A program made the translations under genes and the position numbers. From assembly GCF_009914755.1 (NCBI RefSeq), contig NC_060938.1: DNA of 64,000 nucleotides; one strand, 5' to 3'. This DNA comes from the human T2T-CHM13v2.0 reference genome, Homo sapiens. Below, one piece after another: positions 51,804-64,000 of the stretch (its first letter is position 1; the number at the start of each line of letters is the position of its first letter). The notes beneath the pieces are model-generated. The model searched no databases. It saw only the letters and a list, made by a program, of their open reading frames with translations, and was not told the origin of the DNA.

Positions 51804-54170
51804 AGCCAATTCCTAATAATATCATCTCGGAAGGGTAGGATGAAGCCAGATTATGCAAAGCAATGAAAATGACATATATTGAGTATCAAGGAAAATTGAA
51901 ATCTTTGGCAAAGTGGGATTGCCATCTCTAAAAACTGTTCTTTTAACTAAAATACACCAATATACTAGCAATTCTTCTTTGAACTAAATAGACTGGCGCT
52001 TTTAGGACCTGAGATGTGAAACTCTGCCCTAAGTTAGGATTCATCTTTCAATTCAAATAGCAGTGTCAACAGGAAAGCAAGTTGGCTGTTTGTGCTTGGC
52101 ACCACCTGGCTGCAGTTACATCACTCAGCACTAAACATGCTGGCTGTGTCAGAGTTGAGTACTGTCATTCTGATGAAGTGGGGAGTGTGTTGCCCTGGTA
52201 GGAAGCCTTTTAAATTGAATGACAAGGTTTTTCTTATTTGTTATATCCCAGGCCATTGTCAAATCATATAATGCCAGCCCAGGAAAGTAATTACTGAGCT
52301 GTTGTGAGGCTGTTAGCAGCTGCTTTTCATTTTTCCCCATTGTGACTGGGATGTGGTGGAGAAAAATTGGGATGACTAAGAACCACAACATAAACGCCAC
52401 CCAATCTGCTGGCCAGTCACATATGGCACTTACTTTCAACCAAAGGGAAAAGAGCAGCCCCCTGAAATGTCATTAGATGTAAGAGCTGAGTATAATGAAG
52501 AATCTATAGCAAATTACCACAGACCAAGGTGTGATGATAGGTGGATTCCATTTATTAAAGCATGAAAATCATTAGGCCACAAAGTCTCATTTCTAAAAAC
52601 AAAATTCTGTGTTGATCCCATTAAGAAATCCCTGTTCCTCCTAGCTGCTACTTTTCTTTTAGCATTTTCCTTATTTTTGTGTAAGAATTACAATGAACCT
52701 TTGGCTAACAACATGTTACTCAAAGTTTCCAACAATAAATTTAGATTCTCATAAAAAAGCAACTGCTAAGATATATGAAGGGGAAACCAACATTATTTAA
52801 TGTGTTTTAATCTTGCCATATTACCTTAATTTGATTCTTTGTAATAAGAACCTTATAAGCCATCCAGTACTTATTTTCAAAGTTAATTTATTTCCTAAAC
52901 TGCAGTTAGTGAAGAATGGCAGACATTTATAAGCTGATTTAAAGTGAAAACAGATATGTATTGTTTTAAAGTTATAATTGCTTAAAGTTTAATGGAAACT
53001 GCTTAAAATCCCTATCACTACTAAATGCTGTGTTTCCAATCAGGTGACAAGATAATCATGATGAACCTTAAGTGATTATTCATTGTCCATTTTCTTTGAA
53101 TGAAATCGTTTAACTGGAAGCTAGTAAGTTATTATGTGCACATACAATCCATTCTTGTTCTGAAAGTCATTGCTTTCCTTTCCTTGGCTACTGAGATAAA
53201 ATAAATACATTTGTATGTCTTTTAAAAATTGCAACAGGCAGTTGCTTCCCTATACTGTAGGCAATATCCCTTCCACTCAGAATTGGAACTCTTTTTAAAA
53301 AATAATTTATTTGCAAATGATGAAAGTGTTCAGAGGCTTGAGATCCAACAACATCCCAAATGAAAATAATTAGAATTTGTGGTAAAGATAAGAGTGAGAT
53401 TTGAAACCTGTCGGTACATATCACCAAGTAGAAATAAATTATGGCTTGTCAAAAATGACAGATTTCAGCAAGGTGCTTCCTTTTCACTTTGAGTAAGACC
53501 TTTTTCCACCTAGCAATTAACTTTATTCCCATTAATATTCAGTAGCATTGACAAGGCTGACAGAGTAAAACTGGGTTTTATAAAACTAAAGACACATTGA
53601 TGGAGACTCATTACTTTGTCTAATAATTTCATCATTATATGTTATATCTTAATAAATAAAGAACAAAGCTGTTGACTGTAGCATTGATTTGTTGTGCCAG
53701 GTAAAGGACTCAGATTTTCTGTGTATATTTTCTTTTTGTGATTCATAAATTTATTTTTGAAAATAAACAGTAATTTTGCCTAAAGGGTTGCAGAGGTGAC
53801 AAAATAATACATTTACACGATACCATAATACCCTTAGTACTGGCATCGGTTCCTTTAGATATTTCTTCACAAGCTGTAAATAATAATTATGCCACACAGT
53901 TACATCAAACGAGCAACTACACTTAAATGACCCTTTGATTATAGATCGAGAAAGCCTAAGAGCAAGTATTTTATTGTGGTTTGGTAGAAAAAGAGCAAAG
54001 GATTAACTAACAACTCAAAGAAACATAAAAACCAAACATTTTGATCTTTCCTTTTTTATGATATAAAATGTTAGATAACAGAGCAGGTTTCACAAAACTT
54101 TAAGATGTGTCAAAGATGATGTTGCTTGAGACATAACATCTGCTCTGTTTTTGTATTTGTCATATTTCCC

Positions 54171-54204
54171 ACACTTGATCTTAGCCAAAAGGCCGAGAAG
54201 CAAT
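54171..54204 (-). pseudogene. 3'-truncated, tailless U2 snRNA retropseudogene (U2 nt 1-34)
   Basis: Reverse complement attgcttctcggccttttggctaagatcaagtgt equals the U2 5' end with one CpG change; 16-bp TSD tatttgtcatatttcc (54154-54169) / tatttgtaatatttcc (54205-54220). Confidence 0.95.
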
Positions 54205-55410
54205 TATTTGTAATATTTCCTTAAAAAATTCAAAATGAAACATTGTACTTCTCAAGGCTTATGGACACAGTTGTTGGGCTTTTTTTTTTTTTTTTAAATT
54301 CATACAGGTCACTTTGGCTGAGTTCAGGTTTGCTTTCTCTTTTATAACTGTGAGAAAAGAATTCTCACTGTTGGTGAGAAAGATGTGATTATTTGCCTAA
54401 CAAAATCAACTTGACTTTTTTTCTCAAAGTTTCTAAGTTGTTTTTCCCTCTGCCATGAAAAGTGACGTCTCACAGGTGAAAGTCTGCCATTTTTTCTTAA
54501 AGAGTTCTTTTTCCATTAACATTATATAGCTCCGCACATTTTTTTGCCAGCAGCAACAATAGTGATTTTGGGATGTATTATTGACATGAAATTTTAACAC
54601 TTGCATTTATTTTCTGTGCTATGACAACATACTGTTCTGTGGTAGAAATGACACAATTTTAGTCTTCATCAAATTCATAGTTTCTGCAAAAGTCTTATTT
54701 TTCATAAGTGAAAATTCATGTAGTGAAAAGGGAGTCATTTCACGCAGTTCTGACTTTGGCCCTGAGCACATGCACTGAGCAGCTCTCCTCTTTACTCCTC
54801 TAATTTTTGTCAGTATTAAAGTCTGCAGATGGGTATGTCACACCTGAACACCCTGAGTACAGAGCGTGTAATTATAATAAAAGCTTTGGATTAGATTTCC
54901 CTAGCCCTTGAGTTTCTTCTTTTAAGTACCTCTCTGATGTTCCACATCACCTTCGATTATTATATCCTGTTAGCTCTGATCTCCTTTCTTTACACCAGTC
55001 TGCTTTTCTGATTTGAGCTTTATTTGACTCCACTGCTCTCTCTCAAACTTCCCTTCAAATTATCAATGCCAGTGTTTTCCTTCAGTTACTGTCTTGTTTT
55101 CTTCTTGATTATTCTATTTTCAAATCCATTTATGAACTTACCCTTACTCTTCATGGATCAAGACTTCTTAGAGAGAAGAGCAGTTATTTGAAGAACTGCA
55201 GTCGTTAGTCAAATATTTATTGAGAACTTACTATAAGTAAGACATTGCAGGAAAACTCAGATACCCAATGTGTTATCACTACCATTGATAATAACTAATT
55301 CTTTTATAATACTAACTATGAATCAGACATTGATCTGTGTGCTTTACAAATGTTAATGCACTTGGCCCTCCCAATATGCCCTATGTTTTAATATATGCAG
55401 GTTTTATCAT

Positions 55411-55917
55411 TATAGGTAAGATAGGCCATACGATCAGAAGATTACTGTCATTTAAAAGACAGTTTGTTACTCACAGTTCTCAAGAGAGAATATGCCATGC
55501 CATGCCATGGAGGGCCACACAGGGAAGCACCAGGGTTAGTCAAGAGGCAAACAGAGTGGGAGAAAAATTTGGGCAAGAGACTTTATTGTGGTTCCATTGG
55601 GAAAAAACAAGTGAGGCACGGTGAGCGGGCTTAGTATTGGCTAGTTTGAATGATTTCAACAGGCTCTGGAGTGCAGTGGCTGTCTGGAGTTGCCTGATAC
55701 CTGGTCCTGGTGTGATTAGGGCAGGGGAATATTGGCCCAGAGTTGAAGAACTTGATAGAAGAGGTGGGAAAAAGTGTGGGCTATGGACTGGTTAGTTTGC
55801 ATATGACAGTCATGCTCATAGAAAAGGAAATTGGCTAGCTCTAGGAGAGGAAGTCCCCCCAGGGTCAGTAAGATCCCAGTTGTCCAAATATCAGAATAAA
55901 AAGACATACTTAATATA
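55411..55917 (-). mobile_element. ERVL solo LTR (MER74/MER54-like) inside a MIR
   Basis: ggccatacgatcagaag...aaagacagtttgttactcacagttc...agggccacacagggaagcaccaggg...gggcaagagactttattgtggtt. Confidence 0.7.
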
Positions 55918-56049
55918 TCTTAGAGACAGACATAGCTAGTAGGGGTTTGAGTCCAGGTTCAAAGGTAATAGATCTGGCTCCAGAGTTCACATTCTTAGTT
56001 CTATGTCATGTTGCCTCACTAAGTAACTTGGCTTTTTATAGGGGAAGTA

Positions 56050-56680
56050 AAAAATATGCAATATATATGTGATATCATTGTACTGTAAGAAAAGTAAAAG
56101 GGGGCTTCAGAATTAAGAGGTGGGAGACATCAATCAGATTGAAACTCAGGCAAAAATTCAGGAAAGAAGCCATAATTGAGTGTGCATTTAAAGGATAACA
56201 GAGATTCCCACAGAAAGGCAGAAATCATTCCAGGCAAAAAGAATTGCTTAAACAAAGCTGTAAAGACTTGAAATCAGTGAATATGATTAAGTTGCTGCAA
56301 ACCACCCATATAGCATAATGTCACATGCAAAGCTTGAAGGAAATGATATTGAGAAAGTTATTTAAAATCAGGTTTAAGAAAGTCATGAATAAAAGGCTAA
56401 GGAATTTGAGCTTATGTATATTACAGGTCTTTGAGCAGGAAAGGTTACATGACCACATGCGCATTTCAGGGGTTAACCTTGACTTAGTGGAAGAAGAATT
56501 GGAAAGAGAAGTAGAAGGTGAAAACATCAATTAGGGCGTTATGGAAATAACTCAAGTTATTGAAATAACTCAAATGAAACTTAAGAATAATATCAAGGAG
56601 TATTAAGAGCTTGATTCCAAAACCATTGTAAAGATAGAATTAAAAGTATTTTATGTTGAAACTCTGTCATATAAAGTAAT
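56050..56680 (-). mobile_element. Degraded L2
   Basis: cattccaggcaaaaagaattgcttaaacaaagc; aggctaaggaatttgagctt...tttgagcagga. Confidence 0.6.
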
Positions 56681-58429
56681 GATTAAAGGAATTGTGAATT
56701 TTACTATGCAGAAGAGAAAATAAAGGGATAGACTCTCTTGGGTGTTGAGCTAGGCCAGACCTCAGAGGCTGCTCTGGGCTCCAAGGTGGGAGAGAATAAA
56801 AACATGGACAGAGCTCATGAATGCTTGTACTCCATCAGTTCAGTTCAGAAGCTGATAACAAGTAGTGAAAAGAAGTCTCAGCTCCACTATGGTTCAGCAT
56901 GGCACTGTTATTGGAATAAAAAACCTAATTTATAATAAAATAATATGCATTTAAATATGTAAATGCTCAGACAAAGCTATCTCAGGAGAACTGATGATAT
57001 AGACAGAGCTTTCACCTATTTATAATGAAAACATCTGGATTTAAGAGAGTTGAGTTCAGAATCCCTTCAATACAAGAAATTCAGGAAGGTGAAAGAGTAG
57101 CTATCTAGGTCGTCACTAAATAAAAATAAGTCCTAACAGACTAGAATTATCTGTCTATAAGAAAAAGAAAAGAAATAATCTTAATTGAAATAAGGATAAC
57201 ATGCCAAGACAAATTACAGACTTTGGAAACAGAGAAAATGATGAAGTATGATATTAGCACAAATGAGTTGGGCCTTATTTATAAGTGCAGTGTCAAAATT
57301 ATTCCCAGTATTATGATGGGATAGTGACAAAGAATCTCTGAAAACATATCTCCTGCCTTAAAATTCCTCCACATGTTGAGGCTCACAATCAATCTCTGGC
57401 ACTTAGAAAGACCCAGGAGACCATATCCTTTGATAATCTATGGGGGAGGTAGGTTGCATTGCAAAAAGAAGTAGTAATACAAGAAACCATAGGAACATTG
57501 TGACGGAGACAGAACCTGTGTCAACACTGGGAAAAAAGGCAACCCTCAAAATAAATAATTTCCTTATATAACTTATATAATCTAGATTTCTCATCGTTAT
57601 TCATAAAAACTTTAAAATACATGTAATGGCAAGAATATAAAATATAAAAATAAATCTTTATTAATAAAATTCAATTAAATCCCAGCATCTTGTATATTTC
57701 CAATAATTTAATAATATTATTTCTAAGTCATAAGAGTCTTAGGTTTCCCTTACTATCTGTCTGTATGCAGCAGCGATATGTGCCAAATAGCACTGGTATG
57801 TTATATTGGTGACTCAATTATAATGAGGGGCATTGTTTCGCTGATGTGATTTTCTGAAATGGTGAACAAGTCTCAGAAAACATAGTGCAATATTCCTGTG
57901 ATTTAAACAGCATTGCAATCTTGAAATTTTTAGTTTATAACTATGAAGAAATACTTTTTGTTGTGATTTGTAAAATTATTTTCTACACTCTCAAATAATT
58001 GTAACTTTTTTCCCCCTACATGAATGTTGATGGAATATTTGAAAATCATGCAGCATAATTATCTATTGGGTAAAACTGTCACGTGCATCGCAGGACACCT
58101 AGCATCTCTGTCCAGCTCCACTTCTAAATAAAAGCATCATCCTGAAATTTGTATGAAAAATAAAAATGATCACATATTTTAAAAATTCTTTGTGTAAAAA
58201 ACTACTGCTTTAAGTAATGGTGCTCAATACAAGGGAGATCCCTGCTGTATTGACATGATCAGGAATAGGCTAAAATCTTCTAGCAGAGAAATGGTAGAAA
58301 GATTTCAAGTATTGAGTGACTAGTTGGACTAGTTCAAAGTTGAAAAATCAAATGCCTACAGGCATAAGGCAGGTATTAGAAATGTGTGAACTGGGCCAAG
58401 AGGAAGACAATAGACAGTTATGTGGTCTG

Positions 58430-58975
58430 TGACCAGTTGTCCCAGGACCACTTGTTGAAAGATTATTTTTTCCTCATTGAATTGCCTTGGCACCTTGTCA
58501 AAAATCAATTGACAGTAAATGTGAGGGATTATTTCTGAACTCTCAGTTCTGTTCCATTTATCTATGTCATCTTTACACCAGTACCACACTGTCTCGATTA
58601 CTGTAGCTATGTACTAAGTTTTGAAATCAATTAATGTGGACCTTCCACCTTTTTCCTTTATTAAGATTATTTTGGTTATTCTGGGTAACTTGAATTTCTA
58701 CATAAATTTTAGGATCAGCTTAGAAGCCAGCTGAATTTTGATACGGATTGCATTGAGTTTGTAGATTAATTTCAGGGGACTTGCTATCTTAACAATATTG
58801 TCTTCTGATCCATGAACATAGGATGTCTTTCTATTTGTTTAGGTCTTCTTAAATTTCTCTCAACAGTGTTTTGTAGTTTTTAAGTTGTATAATTATTTTG
58901 TTAAATTTATTCATAAGTATTTTATTTTTTTCCATCTGGTTGCCTTTTATTTCATGTTCTTGCCAGTTGCCCTGG
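58430..58975 (-). mobile_element. L1M ORF2 fragment
   Basis: ORF 58356-58589 [31 protein letters not shown] resembles L1 ORF2p. Confidence 0.85.
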
Positions 58976-59658
58976 CTGGGTCCACTTAGCTTTTAAAACT
59001 CATCGGTCTTACAACCCATTTCTCTTAGTCATTATTTATTTCCCTGGTTCGATGAAACAAATCACCTAGCTTTCTCTTTCGGCACTCTCCATCTCCTATA
59101 ATCTTCTGGATCTTTTGTAACTTAATTCTTCAACAAAAACATCCTTAATTAACACTATACCACTATTCCAAAGATTATTTCTATAATCTCCACCACTCTG
59201 ACACATCCATAATTATAGTGTAAATTGCCATTTATCTTGTTACTGTTTATTATCTGGGACAGATATTCTCATAAAGTCTCATATTAAATTTTAAGCTTTT
59301 TTGAGTAGGGTCAAAGTTGAAAAATAAAATGCTTACAGGCACAAGGTAGTGTGTTTTCTACTTTGTTTTCTATTTCAAGCTCTTAAAAAAAATCCTAAAG
59401 GAGTCCTGAACACAAAATTCTGGCTCAAAAATGTGTACCATTTGCTTTGCTTTTTTAACTGAGAAGTAGTTCAATGAGATGAGAATCCTGGCTTTGCCGC
59501 TTAAATGTTACATAATATTGAGTAATTAATTTACATCCAAGTCTCAGTTTTTCCATCTGTAAAGTAAGAATAACAATGTCTAACCTGATCAATTATAATA
59601 AACATTAAAAATTGGCAAGTAAGATATATAGCCTATGGCAGGCTTTGGTAAATGATAT

Positions 59659-59815
59659 TGTGATGGTTAATATTGATGTCAACTTGATTGGATTGAAGGA
59701 TGCAAAGTATTGTTTCTGGGTGTGTCTGTGAGGGTGTTGCCAAAGGAGATTAACATTTGAGTCAATGGACTGGGAGAGGCAGACCCACCCTCAATCTGGA
59801 TGGGCACAATCTAAT
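59659..59815 (+). mobile_element. MLT2A LTR 5' part, interrupted by MER41
   Basis: tgtgatggttaatattgatgtcaacttgattggattgaaggatgcaaagtattg...gcagacccaccctcaatctgg. Confidence 0.9.
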
Positions 59816-60364
59816 TGTCAGAGATGTTTGAACCAGAGCAACTCCATCTTGAATAAGACCTGGGTAAAATAAGGCTGAGATCTATTGGGCTGCATTCCCA
59901 GACGGTTAAGACATTCTAAGTCACAGGATGAGATAGGAGGTCAGCACAAAATACAGGTCATGAAGACCTTGCTGATAAAACAGCTTGCAATAAAGAAGCC
60001 AGCTAAAACCCGCCAAAACCAAGATGGCCATGAGAGCGACCTCTGTTGGTCCTTACTGCTACACTACCACCAGGGCCATGAAAGTTTACAAATGCCATGG
60101 CAGCATCAGGAAGTTACCCTGTGTGATCTAAAAAGGGGAGGCATGAATGATCCACCTCTTGTTTAGCATATCATCAAGAAATAACCATAAAAATGGGCAA
60201 CCAGCAGCCCTCGAAACTGCTCCATCTATGGAGTAGCCGTTCTTTTATTCCTTTACTTTCCTAATAAACTTGTTTCCACTTTATGGACTCACCCTGTATT
60301 CTTTCTTGCATGAGATCCAAGAACCCTCTCTTGGGGTCTGAATTGGAACCCCTTTCTTGTAACA
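59816..60364 (+). mobile_element. MER41A-like 5' LTR (ERV1)
   Basis: tgtcagagatgtttgaaccagagcaactccatcttgaata...gagatccaagaaccctctcttggggtctg...gtaaca; 549 bp. Confidence 0.92.
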
Positions 60365-63300
60365 TCTTTCTGGCAACCACGGAAGGGACGATACTAAGGA
60401 AACCCTCGACACTAGGCTAACTTTGGGTAAGTGGTGAGGTCTGGTAACATCTTTCTGGTGAATCCTGAAGGGACGATACTGAGGTGATACCCCAACCCAA
60501 AGGAAATAGACTGTAGCACTGATTGGACAACTTTGAGTAATTGGGTTACATATAACTGGGTACAGGATGGGATTGGGTTAGAGGCTCAACTTAGGGGAGT
60601 TAGAGTATCTCCTAAGGCAGTGTGAGTTAGAGGCCCTTCTTAATAAAAGGCAAGAACGCTTGACCAACCTTGTATTAGATGCCCAACTTAGGAGGGTTAG
60701 AGACCCTTCTAAGATTTAAGGGGTTAGAGCCCCTCTCAGTAAAGTCCTTCTCGGCAAAGTCCCTTTTGGCTAAGAATGGGTTGGGGCTATGGGATATTAA
60801 CTGCTATTCTCTTTGTTGTTGTTGTTGTTGTTGTTTGTTTCTTTTCCATACATTATTGGGGTTCAGGTGGTGTTTGGTTATGTGAGTAAGTTCTTTAGTG
60901 GTGATTTGAGATTTTGGTGCACCCATCACCCAAGCAGTATACACCATACCCTATTTGTAGTCTTTTATCCCTGGCCCCCTTCCCACCCTTTCCCCCAAGT
61001 CCCCAAAGTCCATTGTCTCATTTTTATGCCTTTGCATACTCATAGCTTAGCTCCATCATATCAGTGAGAACATAGGATGTTTGGTTTTCCATTCCTGAGT
61101 GACTTCACTTAGAATAATAGTCTCCAATATCATCCAGGTCGCTGTGAATGCCATTAATTCATTCCTTTTATGGCTAAGTAGTATTCCATCATATATATGT
61201 ACCACAGTTTCTTTATCCACTTGTTGATTGATGGGCATTTGAGTTGGTTCCATGATCTTGCAATAGCGAATTGTGCTGCTATAAACATGCTTATGCAAGT
61301 ATCATTTTCGTATAATGACTACTTTTCCTCTGGGTAGATAACTAGCGGTGGGATTGCTGGATCAAATGGTAGTTCTACTTTTAGTTCTTTAAGGAATCTC
61401 CATATAGTTTTCCATAGTGGCTGTACTAGTTTACATTACTGCCAGCAGTGTAGAAGTGTTCCCTGATGACCATATTCACGCCAACATCTATTGTTTTTTT
61501 TTTTTTTTTTGATTATGGCCATTCTTGCAGGAGTAAGGTGGTATCACATTGTGGTTTTGATTTGCATTTCCCTGATCATTAGCAATGTTGAGCATTGTTT
61601 ATATGTTTCTTGGCCATTTGTATATCTTCTTTTGAGAATTGTCTATTCATGTCCTTAGGCCTCTTTTTGATAGGATTTTTTTCTTGCTGACATGTTTGAG
61701 TTTGTTGTAGTTTCTAGATATTAGTCCTTTCTCAGATGTGCAGATTGTGAAGATTTTCTCCCACTCTGTGGGTTGTCTGTTTACTGTCCTGACTGTTCCT
61801 CTACCAAAACCAAAAAAGGACATAACCAAAAAACAAAACTACAGACCAATATCCCTGATAAACATAGATGCTAAAATTTTTAACCAAATACTAGCTAACT
61901 GAATTCAACAACATGTCAAAAAGATAATTCACCATGATCAAGTGGGTTTCATGCCAGGGATGCAGGATGGTTTAACATATGCAAGTCAATAAATGTGATA
62001 CACCACATAAACATAATTAAAAACAAAAATCACATGATTATCTCAATAGATGCAGAAAAAGCATTAGACAAAATCCAGCATTCCTTTATGATTAAAACTG
62101 ACAGCAAAATCAGCATACAAGGGACATGCCCCAATGTAATAAAAGCCACCTATGACAAACCCACTGAATGGGGAAAAATTGAAAGCATTCCCTCGGAGAA
62201 CTGGAACAAGACAAAGATGCCCACTCTCACCACTCCTCTTCAACATAGTACGGGAAGTCTTAGCAACAGCAATCAGACAAGAGAAAGAAATAAAGCCATC
62301 TAAATCCGTAAAGAGGAAGTCAAACTGTCACTGTCTGCTGGTGACATGATCATTTACCTCAAAAACCCTCAAGACTCCTCCAGAAAGCTCCTAGAACTGA
62401 TAAAATAATTCAGCAAAGCTTCTGGATACAAGATTAATGTACAAAAACCAGTAGCTCTTCTATATGCCAACAGTGACCAAGTGGAGAATCAAATCAAGAC
62501 CTCAACCCCTTTTACAATAGCTGCTAAAATAAAATAAATAAAATACTTATGAATATACCTAACCAAGGAGGTGAAAGACCTCTACAAGGAAAACTACAAA
62601 ACACTGCTGAAAGAAATCACAGACAACACAAACAAATGGAAACACATGCTCATGGAAGGGCAGAATTAATATTGTGAAAATGCCCACACGGCCAAAAGCA
62701 ATCTACAAATTCAACACAATTCCCATCAAAATACCACCATCATTCTTCATAGAATTAGAAAAATAATTCTAAACTTCATACGGAACCACCCCACCCCCAC
62801 AAAAAAAGCCCTCACAGCCAAAGCAAGACTAAGTAAAAAGAACAAATTTGGAGGCATCACACTACCTGATTTCAAGCTATACTATAAGGCCATAGTCACC
62901 AAAACAGCATGGTACTGGTATAAAAATAGGCACATAGACCAATGGAACAGAATAGAGAATCCAGAAATAAACCCAAATGCTTACAGTCAACTGATCTTCG
63001 ACAAAGCAAACACAAACATAAGTGGGGAAAGGACACCCTTTTCAACAAATGATGCTGGGATAATTGGCTAGCTACATGTAGGAGAATGAAACTGCATCCT
63101 CATCTCTCACCTTATACAAAAATCAACTCAAGGTGGATTAAGGGCTTAAATCTAAGACCTGAAACTATAAAAATTTTAGGAGATGACATTGGAAAAACCC
63201 TTCTAGACATTGGCTTAGGCAAAGATTTCATGACCAAGATCCCAAAAGCTAATGCAATAAAAACAAAGATAAATAGCTGGGACTTAATTAAATTGCTACT

Positions 63301-63696
63301 CTGTTTGAAATAATCTGCCTTGCACTCTTTGCTGACAGCTGTAGGTGATAGAATTGGCATGAACAGGATCATGGGACATAGGGAGCTTTTTCCTCACCAA
63401 AAAGGGGAAACTTGAATGCTGATGGGACTGCTGGAAAAGATCCCTTCACTATCAACAAGTAGCCACCTGCAATTTTTAGTGTCCCTGCAATGGGTAGGTC
63501 TTTCTCTGGCGTCTCTGAGCACCTCACCTTCCCCACCCTGCCTCAGGCAATGCTTTCCTCTCCCTCTCTCTCTGTGTGCAAACTGGTTGAATGGTAAAAA
63601 TCACTGTTTATCTCCTCTGCAAAGTTTTAATTAATTGGAAAAAGGATTTGCGAAACTAGTCTTAAGCTATAACAAATCTGTTGTACTTTGTGCTAT
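60365..63696 (+). mobile_element. MER41 internal sequence (60365-60812 and about 63294-63696) split by L1PB
   Basis: Follows the LTR directly (tctttctggcaaccacggaagggac); gggttagagg repeats; resumes taatctgccttgcactctttgctga. Confidence 0.8.
60813..63293. mobile_element. L1PB with 5' inversion (twin priming): 60813-61800 minus, 61801-63293 plus
   Basis: (GTT)n tail and antisense L1PB 3' UTR, then sense ORF2 ([28 protein letters not shown]; [18 protein letters not shown]); degenerate TSD aactgctattctcttt / aattgctactctgttt. Confidence 0.92.
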
Positions 63697-64000
63697 TGTA
63701 TTAGTCCATTTTCACGCTGCTGATAAAGACATACTTGAGACTCGGAAGAAAAAGAGCACTTACAGTTCCACATGGCTGGGAAAGCCTCAGAATCATGACA
63801 GAAGGTGAAAGGTACTTTTTACATCATGTCAGCAAGAGAAAATGAGGAAGAAGCAAAAGCAGAAACCCGTGATAAACTCATCAGATCTCGTGAGGCTTAT
63901 TCACTATCACCAGAATAGCATGGGAAAGACCAGCCCCCATGATTAAATTATCTCCCCCTGGGTCTCCCAGAATTCCCACATATTGTGGGAATTCTGGGAG
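63697..64000 (-). mobile_element. THE1A-like MaLR LTR (runs off window end)
   Basis: tgtattagtccattttcacgctgctgataaagacatac...gcaagagaaaatgaggaagaagcaaaagcagaaaccc...catcagatctcgtgag. Confidence 0.92.

Noticed and set aside
60360-60492. Twice-repeated taacatctttctgg...gaagggacgatact block
   Set aside because: Diverged copies, and as far as I recall part of the MER41 internal leader itself.
61995-63313. L1 ORF2 peptide fragments
   Set aside because: Frameshifted, truncated L1PB; not an active element or host gene.

Overview
AT-rich, Alu-poor human genomic DNA. The species call rests on an AluYb8, a human-specific subfamily, at 25810-26135. Roughly half the window is recognisable interspersed repeat: L1 of many ages, L2, MIR, Alu, MaLR/ERVL/ERV1/ERV2 LTRs and DNA transposons. 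There is also a tailless U2 snRNA retropseudogene. I see no intact protein-coding gene, CpG island, tRNA/rRNA gene or CRISPR array; most ORF-track entries are repeat-derived or chance. The most interesting signal lies in the repeat-free islands: a series of + strand exon-like segments with good splice signals (6154, 7386, 16522, 19547, ~23100-23602, 33948, 38459). Three of them (7386-8854, 19547-19951, 23103-23602) translate in stop-poor frames that, by eye, follow the tubulin-tyrosine-ligase-like (TTLL, ATP-grasp) motifs in the correct order. This suggests a decayed, possibly unitary, TTLL-like pseudogene. It is an unverified eyeball alignment with real counter-evidence, stated in the finding. 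The first of these segments is interrupted by a ~66-nt L1PA 3' stub (15-bp TSD) whose tail has become a ~510-bp strictly alternating purine-pyrimidine minisatellite. The window also holds several template-switch scars, an ancient local duplication and a twin-primed L1PB. Repeat subfamily names come from recalled consensus sequences, and boundaries of old repeats are approximate.
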